Of a stretch of 64,000 bases of DNA, positions 11,375-22,350 are shown piece by piece. The position numbers and the translations under genes are program-made. Source of the DNA: Octopus bimaculoides (taxonomy: Eukaryota); NCBI RefSeq assembly GCF_001194135.2, contig NC_068995.1:33211187-33275186 (forward strand), written 5' to 3'. How positions within the stretch are numbered: position 1 is the stretch's first letter; each line of letters begins with the position of its first letter. The notes under the pieces were generated by a model. It was not told the origin of the DNA. It ran no database searches and worked only from the letters and a program-made list of their open reading frames with translations.

Positions 11375-12090
11375 ATTTTATTTATTTATTTATTTATTTA
11401 TGTATGTTTGTATGGTTGTTTGTTTGTTTGTTTTTCTTGGAGTTTAATTTAAGTTCTTCTAGAGAGAGTTCAAGCAGGTTGCTAACAAAGTGACAAGACT
11501 TTTTGAGTTAAGGGAGTTTCCGGTGTATCTAAATATGTGGTTGAGTTGGTGTGTTGGTTGAACTGTCAAGGTATACACCCAGGTGTGTGCATCTATTCAC
11601 ATAGGAATCTCGGAGAATTTTTGTAATGTCTTACAAATCTTCACTGTGCCACTAATGTAATGGATTTGGAAAATTCACATCAATTTTATTTGTTCATTCT
11701 TCATGAAACAGCGTATTTCTAGGTTTCTGTACAAATTTGATGGTACAGAACTTAATTCACCTATGATGATAGGTACAAATGAAAATTCATAATTAGAGTA
11801 CAAGAGCTGTAAGTTCTGCGTTAATTTTTCATCAGTGCAAGACTTTTGTTCCTTGTCTCACAGAACAATATCAGGTCTGTTCTGTTTGCACTGAATTGAT
11901 GTTTTTATTTGGGTGTTCCACCAGCATTCCTTGTTTTTAAAGGTGTGAATACCTGCTAGTTCTGACATGCCTTTGATGTATGCATCAGGGCAGTCCTTCC
12001 TGCAGATAGTGTTGTGAATAGTCTTTGCAACTATATCATGCCGCAGGGGCAGAAAGTATCCCATAGATATTTTGAGGCAACTGCTGCTGA
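11375..12090 (-). mobile_element. R4/Dong-group (RLE) LINE 3' fragment, older family
   Basis: YFLPLRHDIVAKTIH...WWNTQIKTSIQCKQNRPDIVL...FVPIIIG...SGTVKICKTL (RHD and RPDI motifs); 3' UTR ends in (AAAC)/(AAAT)n. Confidence 0.85.
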
Positions 12091-13736
12091 TGTATGTATG
12101 TATGTATGAGTATGAGTGTGTATGTATGTATGTTATGTTATGTCAACTATTAGTGCTACTTGTAAACATATAACCCAATACAACCTATCATATGGTTAAA
12201 CAACTAAACCAGCAACCCTACCAAGCCCTTTTGATAAGGAGAGTGTTTCTGTAGAGTCAATGGCCATCCAACAGCTGGGAGTGAGAGACTCCCTAGTTTT
12301 TCTTTAGACACCTCTTTAGGAGAAGGAAATTTCAAAATAACACCCACATCATTGCAAAGCCAGAGATCTTGCTCTTGCTTGTTTCTGGATTACTTGGTTT
12401 TGTTGGGAAGAATCTAAATGGTGTTGGGCAAGCATGGGCATTTCAGCATTGTCCGTGATGGTCATATTCATCTGTGACTTGACAGCCACCATGTACGATG
12501 AATGTGTGTGTGTGTGTGTGTGCATCTATATGAGTATGTGTATTTATGTATGTATGTATGTATATATTTGTTTAATATATTAATTCTGTAAGTATAACCA
12601 TCCTTCATGTCTGAGGTCACCTATTCTCTAATTGTATATCCTAATTTTTGTTGCATTTGAAATACAGTCAATGATATCTGGTTCATCTTATTTGACAAAT
12701 TATATGCACACACGCGCGCGCATGTGCACACACACACAAACACACACACACAAACACACACACACAAACACACACACACAAACACACACACACAAAGACA
12801 CACACACACAAATGCAAACACATGCAAATGCAAACATACACACACACACACACACACACACATGTATACAATTGTGTGTGTAAATATTTGTGTGTATTTG
12901 TATGTGTGTTCATGTATGTCTTGTATTTGATATCATTAACAAGGAAAAATTTCCCTTCAAAAGTTAATTCACTGATTATGTAGGTGGCTAATGTTTGTAG
13001 TGGGATGGTTCATTAGCTGCTAGTGTTTGTGGTGGTGGTGGTGGTGGGATCGTTGGTGCATGGTGGTGGTGGGATCGTTGGTGCATGGTGTTGGTGGTGG
13101 TGGTGGGAGATCAATTAATTGAATGGAATGAAAATGAATTTTCAAAAGTTGAGTCATGTTAGTCACAAAGATAAACCTATTGAATCACACTGCTGAAATG
13201 ACTTCATTTCAAACCTTTAAATTTAATATTCAGAATGCTGAGACATTATATACAGTCCCCCACCTATGAATGTTCAACATTCGGCAGGATGCTACCACTG
13301 ACTATGACAGAGCACAAAGTAGAATTTTGAAATTTGAATAAATGATATTTTTGGCAACAACAAAAGCAAGACAAATTGAGCAAAATAATTTTTTTTTCTA
13401 ATTTACAAATTACTAAAGAATGATTCTAAAGAGAGGATAAAAACATTGAGACAAAACTCTTCATTATTCCATTCCTAATCATTCAATACATTTATTCAGT
13501 TTTTTCATTCTGTTGATAAGTTATGGCTTATTTTGTCTATGCGGCATTGATAATATGGTTGCTGGCTATGTGTTTTGAGATGATAATTCAAAGAATTAAC
13601 TGTTTCCAAGAAATATCAGTTGTATACATGAAACGATCACAAATTACTCTCTCTCCCTCTCTTCCTCTCACTCTCTCCCTCTCTTCCTCTCTCTCTCTCT
13701 CCCTCTTTCTCTCTCCTCGCCAACAGAAATAGTGAC

Positions 13737-13819
13737 TCATATTCCTTCTATTTGGCTCAACACATTGCTATATTCTGGTAGAATATTGATCGAATTTCCT
13801 TCCAAATTGCTGAGTGCAG
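13737..13819 (-). CDS. Candidate terminal exon of a putative minus-strand gene
   Basis: Acceptor ttctctcatctgagttaatcag; phase-1 reading AALSNLEGNSINILPEYSNVLSQIEGI*; phase matches the candidate exon at 14884-14956. No homology recognised. Confidence 0.2.
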
Positions 13820-14883
13820 CTGATTAACTCAGATGAGAGAATTCTTTTAATATATATGAAAAAATGGCCATTCAAGCTTCCAAGTAAATATTCGGTATTT
13901 GATAAGATTTTATATAAATTTTTCTCATGTTTCATTTTTTTTTTACACTTTTTTTTACCTCTTTTCAAATAAAAAGAGATTGTTTCTTTGATAATTCTTT
14001 TCAAACTCTTAGTTGTAAGACAATTGATATTAAATCATTATATGTATGTGTAAGTGTATGCATGAATGTGTGGAACTCTGTGTGTGTGTGTGCGTGCGTG
14101 GTTGTATGTGTGTTTGTATGAATGTGTATTAACGTAAATACATGTGGCTTTGAGAGAATAGTGACTGGAGAAAAAACGGTAATCATCTCATTGAAATCAG
14201 CATGCAGTCAAGTGGAATCGCCATCATTAATTTATACATAACCTATATAAGTTAAATATGCTTTCGATTTATCTTGATTGATTGTTTGGAAATAACATTT
14301 GCCAATAAGATCATATCAAAGAGTTTATTTGCAATAGATGTGAAAAGCAAAAAAAATAATTTTATAAAATGAATTTAACATTAACAGAGAGTATTAAAAG
14401 CAAGAAAAAGTTAATAGAAACACCAAAATAAAAAAGGAGGAAAATATAAGTTTGTTTCTGAATTTATTAATTTTTTTGTTTCTTAAAATAAAATTTGTAA
14501 ATTTTATTTTCTCTTTTCAGTAACTGTTTCTATAGAATTTACTAACAGACATTTTACATTTTATTATGAGTTTCTTTGTAGGTTGTAATATAACATAAAT
14601 ATGGAGAGTCTCAATGGCTGATTGGATAAAGTTTTTTTTTTTTATCTCACTTTATCATTCTCTAGTTCTTATCTTATCAACAGTTCTATGATGTGCGTTA
14701 CAACATTGCATTAAATTCTTCTTAGAATATTTACCATATTTTTCAGCAAACAAGTCAACATAGTATTTAGTGTAAACATGTATTGTAAGTATTCAAACAT
14801 GATCACTATCTTTTCAAACCCTACTGCATTTCACATGGAATTTTTGTCCCTCTGAACTTGTCTTATTGTATAAGTTAACCTAC

Positions 14884-14956
14884 CTTTTTTGGTTGTAAAC
14901 GCTGGTCTTAAAAATTCAACTTGTATATGGTTGTTTGGAACTCTGCATTGAATTTT
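14884..14956 (-). CDS. Candidate internal exon (73 nt, phase 0 to 1)
   Basis: ttgcacttag|...AAG|gtaggt; only one frame is open: KIQCRVPNNHIQVEFLRPAFTTKK. Confidence 0.4.
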
Positions 14957-15058
14957 CTAAGTGCAATTGGATGCTTAACTACTACAAATCATGCAGGATA
15001 CACTTTATTGCATTATTTTACAGAGAACTAAGGTCATATATATACATGTGTGCGTGTG

Positions 15059-15090
<32 letters not shown>

Positions 15091-15148
15091 ACTGTTTAAG
15101 AATTCATAAGACAAAATAGGCACTTGTATATTTGTTGATAGAGTGGGT

Positions 15149-15397
15149 ATATATTAATCGAAGTATACAGTGTTATATATCTATTATAGTCAATCTTATC
15201 AATCAGTTTTACACTAGAGGTTCAATGGAGTTTTAGATAACAGCCCTGTTATGTAACCCTGCTCTCTGCCATCTCTGAAGAGCACAGGGTTACATAACAG
15301 GGCTATTATCTAACACTCCATTGAACCCCTAGTGTGAAACTATTTGGTAAGATCAGCTGTAATGGATATATAATACTGTATACTTCGATTAATATAT
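15149..15397. mobile_element. Fold-back MITE (~250 bp hairpin) in TA-rich flanks
   Basis: Arms of ~110 bp: ATATATTAATCGAAGTATACAGT...AGCCCTGTTATGTAACCCTG and CAGGGTTACATAACAGGGCT...ACTGTATACTTCGATTAATATAT. Confidence 0.85.
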
Positions 15398-16675
15398 TCA
15401 TATATATATATATATAAAGATTAAAGTAAAAATGAAAAGGTAGACCATTTGGTATCACTTACAAAAGACATTTAATTCAGAGAAAGAGCAGGTTCATGTC
15501 ATAGAGGAGCTATATGGATACTTTCATTTAGGAAAGAGAGTCAGAATGAAATGGTGGTATCTCCAAGGAGATATATAGTGGGGATGAGGTTTTTAAGTGA
15601 CACCTTAAGGCACAAGGTGAGAGGTAATGAGTGAAGGTTTGCAAGAAATGTGGGAAAGATAGGGAAATGGGAGAGTGGGAGGTAATTGTCATATTTAATG
15701 AATAATTATACAGCATTTTGTTAAAATGTACGACACAATGAAAGAGAAGCAAGTAATGAACTAACAATGTTTGCTCCTCTTGAAAGTCACATGATTGGCC
15801 TGCTTCTTAGCCAGCTTTTTATTCAGCAGGTGACAAGCATAAAGAAAAAACAAACCATGAGAATGCAGCAACATAAGCTATAGATACAGTTACAAGGTAT
15901 TAGAGTATTTTTCCTACTGAATACACTGAAGCCATCTGAAATTAATTAAACAATTACTTTCTCACTAAAGTAAAATCAATTGTTTATCAGGACCCCCAAG
16001 GGAGATAATGTGATATTGCTGTACAGATTAGGCATCAAACCACACATTGACAATCCTATATCATTTTTCCTTTCTTTGCTTATACTTATAATTCCTTTCA
16101 GTGTGAATAACTTTTCAATACATTGAAATGATTTACAACTCATTTTACCAAGAAGAGGTAAAAAAAAGAAACAAAAAAACTTTTTGACTGCATTTTCTAG
16201 CATTTTTATTTTGCATTATTGTTTAGAGTTAACAGATACAATTTTTCTGCAGACAATGAAAATTTTTGTATTGACTATTTTTATTTCTTGCATTATGTTG
16301 AACACACCCTTTTTCTCACACCAAAAATTATAGTTATATTCACTCTTTTTTTATATTTTCACATGCACTGATTTTGCTTAGCCATTATGTATATAAACTT
16401 TTCTTTTATGGGAAGACTAAAGTTTGGATCAACTAAGTCCAGATCACTATCTCTATTTGTACAATTGAATTATTGACTTGCTGGAAGATTTATTATATTG
16501 TTCTAGTTTCCTTATCTTGTCATATAATATATGTTGTCAGAAACAAGCATTTAAGTTTCAACTAGACATGCAGACTTTTTATGTTATTATCCTTGTGAGT
16601 TCAGTTAAAATTTTATTACCTATTTCTCATCAAACAGAGAACTTCAACCTTTAATTCTTCAACCATCACTCCATT

Positions 16676-16997
16676 GTGAAGGTGTGTGGCTTAGTGGTTA
16701 GGGTATTCAGCTCACAATTGTAAGGTTGTGAGTTTGATTCCTGTCGGCGTGTTGTGTCCTTCAGCAAGACACTTTATTTCACATTGCTCTAGTCTCCTCA
16801 GCTGGCAAAAATGACTTTTACCTGTATTTCAAAGAGCCAGCCTTGCCATATTCTGCATCATGTTGGTTCTCCCTGATAACTATGTTAAGGGTACGCATGT
16901 TTGTGGAGTGCTCAACCACTTCCACATTAAGTTCATGAGCAGGCTGTTCAATTGACTGGATCAGCTGGAACACTCATCATAACCAACAGAGTGCCAG
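16676..16997 (+). mobile_element. SINE family C (tRNA-headed), near full length
   Basis: A-box TGGCTTAGTGG, B-box-like GAGTTTGATTCC, then GTGTCCTTCAGCAAGACACTTTATTTCAC; homologues at 18645, 34478(-), 37690(-) and 49715(-). Confidence 0.85.
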
Positions 16998-17330
16998 TCA
17001 TCATTCTGTCAGGCATTAAATTATATAACTAACTTAGCAATATTTAATTGCATTTCTTGGTCACATTGACTTTAAATTAATGATCTGAGTAGAAGCTATC
17101 CATATCCATTTTATATATGCATAATCATACACATAGTGGTTTTATTTCACCGGTGCTCCCAACAGGTTTCAAGTATGCAGCCATCAGACTGTAATGTTAA
17201 TGACAAATGTTTCAGATGTTAAAAAGCAAGTCTCTTGAGCCAGTCAACTTCATTTCTGGATATTCACCCTTAAACCTAACTTATATGAACTATTATTGGC
17301 TAGAAATCTATCTATTTATCATTCTCTTTC

Positions 17331-17421
<91 letters not shown>

Positions 17422-17514
17422 CACAATGGGACTGAAGCTAGAACTGTGTGGTTAGGAAGCAAACTTCTTACACACACACATATACTTGTATATGCATATA
17501 TACATATATACATG

Positions 17515-18300
17515 CATTCAGAAAGTATTATTTTTTCCTGCCAAAACTAATGTCATGTGGGCAAAATCCTTTGGGTGGGAGGTGAGGCCACCCTTCCTGT
17601 TCATGCATGATGCAGTAAACTGCATCAGTTCCAAACCTTTACGCTTTGCTTTTTTGCAAGATGAATGAATGTATCGAGCAGAGACATAAACTCATGTCTC
17701 ATCAGCAGTGATGATGGTTTTCATGAAGTCTGGTTCATAGTTTGTACAGTGCAGCATGTCCTTAGTGATTTCCATGCAGAGTTGCTTCTGCTACTCCACC
17801 AGCACCTTGGGGACAAATTTTACCAACACTCTCTGCATGCACAACTCCTCCATAAAATGCAATGCACTAATCCTGTGCTTATTCCCACTTTGTAGGCAGT
17901 TTCCTGGATTGTTACATGACAGTCTTCAATGACTATTTGCTGAACCTCTTCAATAGACTCCTCATTTTGTCTTGTGGATGGCCTGCCTGAGCACGCCTTA
18001 TTCTCCACTGAGGTGCAGCCATGTCTGAAAAAGTTGTATCACTTCTCAACCTGAGTTTTATCCATGGTATCATCACCAAAAACCTGCTGAATCTTCTGAA
18101 TAGTTTGAGCTTGAGTATCATGAAGCTTTTTGCAAAACTTGATGCAAAACTTGATGCTCAATGTGTTTGGTGAAAACAAAAATCCAGTGAGCATACACAA
18201 CACATCTGTACTTTAGGTGTAACAGCCAGGAATTGACATGGCCTACTAGTGCAAAAATTTTCATCCATGCGCAGGAAGTGTGGTGTCACCTCTGACCTAA
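17515..18300 (-). mobile_element. Decayed, internally deleted mariner transposase
   Basis: Minus strand ...IKFCIKFCKKLHD...FQQVFGDDTMDKTQVEK...MENKACSGRPST...IEEVQQIVIEDCHVTIQETAYKVGISTGLVHCIL (mariner HTH region), then a frameshifted IITADE segment. Confidence 0.8.
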
Positions 18301-18610
18301 AAAACATTTTTATACCAAGTAGTATGGAATAAGTAGTTTATCCCATACTACTTGCTGAAGTATGGGATAAACTACCCAATCAGTTGTTAGTTGTTGGGAC
18401 ACTAAATTCTTCAAAACTTTCATGCTTCCTGGAATTCATGAGCAGCAAACCTGATGCACCTCCCTGCCCTTTTTCTTTTTTTTAACAACTTATTCACTCT
18501 TCACCTTTTGTGCATATTCTCTGGACTGTTCATGCACTTTTAGCTACTTTTTTCTGGTGAGTTGTAGTGAACCTGATTACTGTATATAACAAGTTCATTA
18601 TAATTATTTT

Positions 18611-18644
<34 letters not shown>

Positions 18645-18645
<1 letters not shown>

Positions 18646-18785
18646 AGACATGTGGCTTAGTGGTTAGGGTATTTGGCTCACATATCATATGGTCATGAGT
18701 TCAGTTCCCAGTGGCGTGTTGTGTCCTTGAGCAAGACACTTTATTTCACATTGCTCCCATCCATTCAGCTGGCAAAAATGAATAG
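18645..18785 (+). mobile_element. SINE family C, 5' part
   Basis: TGTGGCTTAGTGGTTAGGGTATT...GAGTTCAGTTCCC...GTGTCCTTGAGCAAGACACTTTATTTCAC. Confidence 0.8.
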
Positions 18786-19300
18786 TAGTGGTGGTGGTGG
18801 CGGCGGCGGCAGTGGGGGGGGGGAAGAAGTAGGAGCAGCAACAGTAGCAGTAGTAATAATAGTAGTAGTTGATAATGATGATGATGAGTAGGAGGAGGAT
18901 AATGATTACCTTCATCTTATCACTCCTCACCAACTCTACCCTTATCACCATCCTATATATCACTATCACTACCACTTCCACAACCTCTACTGCCACTACC
19001 ACCACCAATGGTACCTTCACCATCATCATCACTACCAACAACAACTGCCGTCCTCATCAACATTTCTGTTATTGCCACAGCCATATATTTTCATCATAAC
19101 TACCAACATCATCATCACTGCCACCATCACAATGACGACAACGACCACCACCACCACTACCAAATATCACCACTGCCACTACAAACACCACTGCCACCAC
19201 CAAAACAAAAATGACTGCAACCACAACCATCACCAAAACAACAACAACTATTATTGCTATCACCACTGCTGCCACCACTATTATCTCCACTACTATCATC
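18785..19300. repeat. Compound trinucleotide low-complexity tract
   Basis: AGT/GGT/GGC/GAT runs followed by CAC/CAT/AAC runs. Confidence 0.85.
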
Positions 19301-19857
19301 AATATTGCTCTACTAAACAGACAGTCTGTAAACTTCTTCATTGCAAACAACATCAAACCCACAATTATCAGCTTCATGTCAGTGGGTTGGGTATGGGTTA
19401 ATGTGAAGCTTCCATCAGTAAAGACTGTTATGTTTGCCAGAACATGAGAGGCAGTGGATGATATAAAAACAGTGTTGTGCTCTGATTACATTGAAATAAC
19501 AGAGATGTCATATCATAGTCGTCAGGATCATATCTATATCAAAGGAAATGCTTCTATGTTATTTTAATGGAATGATGAACAGTTGTGCTGGTGCAAAGCA
19601 AAAAATACCAAAATTGACAGTAGTTGTCTGTTGCTGATAAGTTTAGTGCCAAGGCTTTTGTTGTTCAATTCCTGCCAAAATTGTTTTGATCCCTGCAATT
19701 TTCTGACATTGACATATATTCAGGGTGCACAAAGTCATTAAATACTAATTTAGGAAATTTATTGTTAAGTGCTTATTATTTATTTTATTGCAGAAGATGG
19801 CAGGTTGGCAGAAAGGGTGAATTGCTGAACTAAAGATAATAACAGTCTGAAGTTTAA

Positions 19858-20069
19858 GCCTTTAGAATTTAAACTGGCCATATCAGGCCCAAATATTCTA
19901 CTTGTTTTAGTTCAAACCGCCCAGATCTGGCTTCTCACACCTATCCTACAATGTTATTCAAAAATTAACGATCACATCATCAAATACTCAAAGTTAAAAT
20001 ATATTGCTTGACTAATTCAAAACAATAAATAGTGTTACATTAGACAGAGTAAAATTGAATGCTAATGAG
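19858..20069 (+). mobile_element. piggyBac-like MITE, diverged copy
   Basis: TTAA-GCCTTTAGAATTTAAACTG...GGCCCAAATATTCT...GACAGAGTAA..TGAATGCTAATGAG-TTAA; homologous to 47823-48046. Confidence 0.7.
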
Positions 20070-20102
20070 TTAATCCCTTGAAGCTAGTCATCAGTGATAT
20101 CA

Positions 20103-20118
20103 ACAGAGAAAGAGAGTT

Positions 20119-20198
<80 letters not shown>

Positions 20199-20259
20199 AG
20201 AGAGAAAGAGAGAGAGTTAGAGAGAAACAGAGAGAGAAAGACAGAAAGAGAGAGAGAGT

Positions 20260-20290
<31 letters not shown>
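20103..20290. repeat. (GA)n microsatellite, interrupted
   Basis: Direct reading. Confidence 0.95.
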
Positions 20291-20294
<4 letters not shown>

Positions 20295-20834
20295 GTGATC
20301 CACAATTAAATGCAATCCGATCATGAACATCTCTTTTCAGTGCCAAGTTTCTCTATATTCTGAGATCAAATCTCACAGGAACTGTCTTTGTTTTTTCATC
20401 TTTCTAGTGACACATGTACTGGTGGTAATGAAATCAACTAAACCACACTCGATAATATATAAAACCACTTCAAATTTGTAAATAAATTATCATATTGCTA
20501 ACAGGGAAATAAATTATTAATTAGCTATTAACACAATTTCATATAAATTTATAAATGCCAATGACATATACACGTATTAGCATTTAGTGTTAATCTCACT
20601 TTATATTTTGCTAATAACTGAAGTTAAGCTGAACTAACAACAGTCACCTTGTGCAAGTGGATGAAAAGCAATGAGAAAGTAAGAGGTGAGGTTAATACTT
20701 TCAATACACGAGTTTAGCAGTCAGCCACTAATACATACCTCTACTAGAGAGTGCTTCTTTGACTTGATTTGCTTTTATTTGTCCTGATTACAGTAAGAGC
20801 CTGTTTATGTGTAGTGTAGTGATTTTTATTTTAG

Positions 20835-20903
20835 ATGAGAAATGAAATATTGAAGGCCAATCTCAGAAATGCTGAGCTTTATGAGGGAGATGAAAGGACT
20901 GAG
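20835..20903 (+). CDS. Candidate symmetric exon (69 nt)
   Basis: tttttattttag|ATG...GAG|gtatgc; only frame 0 is open: MRNEILKANLRNAELYEGDERTE. No homology recognised. Confidence 0.3.
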
Positions 20904-20959
20904 GTATGCGACACATTACTGTACTCAAGAAGACCTACTCACCACAGAATTGAGATCCT

Positions 20960-21205
20960 AAAACCAAGATGCCATGTAAAAAGCATTTTTGCAGGTGCTG
21001 GTGCCACTTAGAAACACTGGTGCCAGTGCCTTGTAAAAAGTATTGGTGATGGAGCCAAGTACACTCTGTAAGCACCCAGTACACTCTGTCAAGTAATTGG
21101 CATTAGGAAGAGCATCCAGCTGTAAAAACCAAACCAAAACAGACAATTGGAAACTTGTGTGGCCCCTGGCCTTGCCAGTTCCTGTCAAGCTGTCCAACTC
21201 ACGCC
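20960..21205 (+). mobile_element. RTE 3'-UTR-derived repeat
   Basis: GGCATTAGGAAGAGCATCCAGCTGT...CTGTCAAGCTGTCCAAC, shared with 10860-11085. Confidence 0.7.
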
Positions 21206-21214
21206 AGTACAAAT

Positions 21215-21535
21215 CTACTCAGCCTCAGGCTTTAATCAGTCTGAGGCTATAGTGGAAGACACTCGCCCAAGGTGTCACACAACAGGACTGAACCTGGAAC
21301 CATGTGATTGGGAAGCACTTCTCACCATACAGCTGTGCCTGCACCTACTCTTACACACACACACACAATGGGCTTCTTTCAGTTTCCACCAGCCAAATCC
21401 ACGCACAAAGCTTTGGTTGGCCTGAGGCTGTAGTAGAAGACACTTGCCCAAGGTGCCATGCAGTGGGACTGAATCCAGAACCATGTGGTTGAGAAGCAAA
21501 CTTGTTACCACACAGCCACTTCTGCACCAGTTAGG
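21215..21535 (-). mobile_element. Two head-to-tail 5' halves of SINE family A
   Basis: Two copies of GAGGCT.TAGT.GAAGACACT.GCCCAAGGTG...GGACTGAA.C..GAACCATGTG.TTG.GAAGC. Confidence 0.8.
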
Positions 21536-22304
21536 ATACTTTTCACAGCAAGGTGAAAAATCTGCATGAGATTTAAGAATCTGGGCCATGGCCATTGTCT
21601 TACTGTGAACTCTCAACTTGTTGACAGGAGTTATTGGGATGTTGTCATGATACACAACATTTGTTGGGTATTTTTAAACCTGACAGAGCCTTTCCCTCTC
21701 CATGTCTGACCACAATTGATTTCTTTATTCCTTTCAGAATTGAGGAAGACACAGAAAGAGTGGGAAAAAGAGTTTCAACCCCTGTATGTAACTGGTACTT
21801 TATTTATCAATCTCTAAATGATGAAAAGCAAAGTTGACAATGGCAGGATTAAATACATAGAGCACAAAGGTCCAATACAAATACTGCAAAACAATATATT
21901 CATAGCTCATGTTACTCAATTACTTATCCCCACCACCACTACCACTTATTATGTACAACTGGAATATGAACCATTGATTGTGTTGACTGATAATCTGTTT
22001 TACTATCACCACCTACAATTCTCATTAAAAGTATACTTGAAATTAAAGGGACCAACTTCCAACTCCCTTCCCTCACAGATTCTTCTAAGAAAATCCAATT
22101 AGATTGTTGAAAAACCTAATTTTGAGAAATTGTTGTCCAGTTTGGAGCAGATTGATTACTGTAGTATTTAATTAGCAATTAGATGAGTCTCAACAACCAT
22201 CCCTCTTCATATTACTAATCAGGTCGGCTTCTGCTGCTGCCGCCTTATCATCTGTGATAACATTGCTGCTTTTTTGGTAGCTTTAAATGTGTCTGTGTGT
22301 GTGC

Positions 22305-22350
<46 letters not shown>

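Noticed and set aside
12621-12930. HT/CV-rich ORFs (also at 30.6, 35.1, 50.5, 54.8 and 63.1 kb) and poly-D/M/I, poly-N or poly-S/V ORFs
   Set aside because: Translations of microsatellites, not proteins.
16676-16750. tRNA-like sequence with A and B boxes (also in other SINE heads)
   Set aside because: It runs into a multicopy SINE body and has no complete cloverleaf, so it is a SINE head rather than a tRNA gene.
21738-21783. Apparent plus-strand exon ctttcag|...|gtatgt
   Set aside because: The donor lies inside a SINE-B remnant and the phase does not follow the 20835-20903 candidate.
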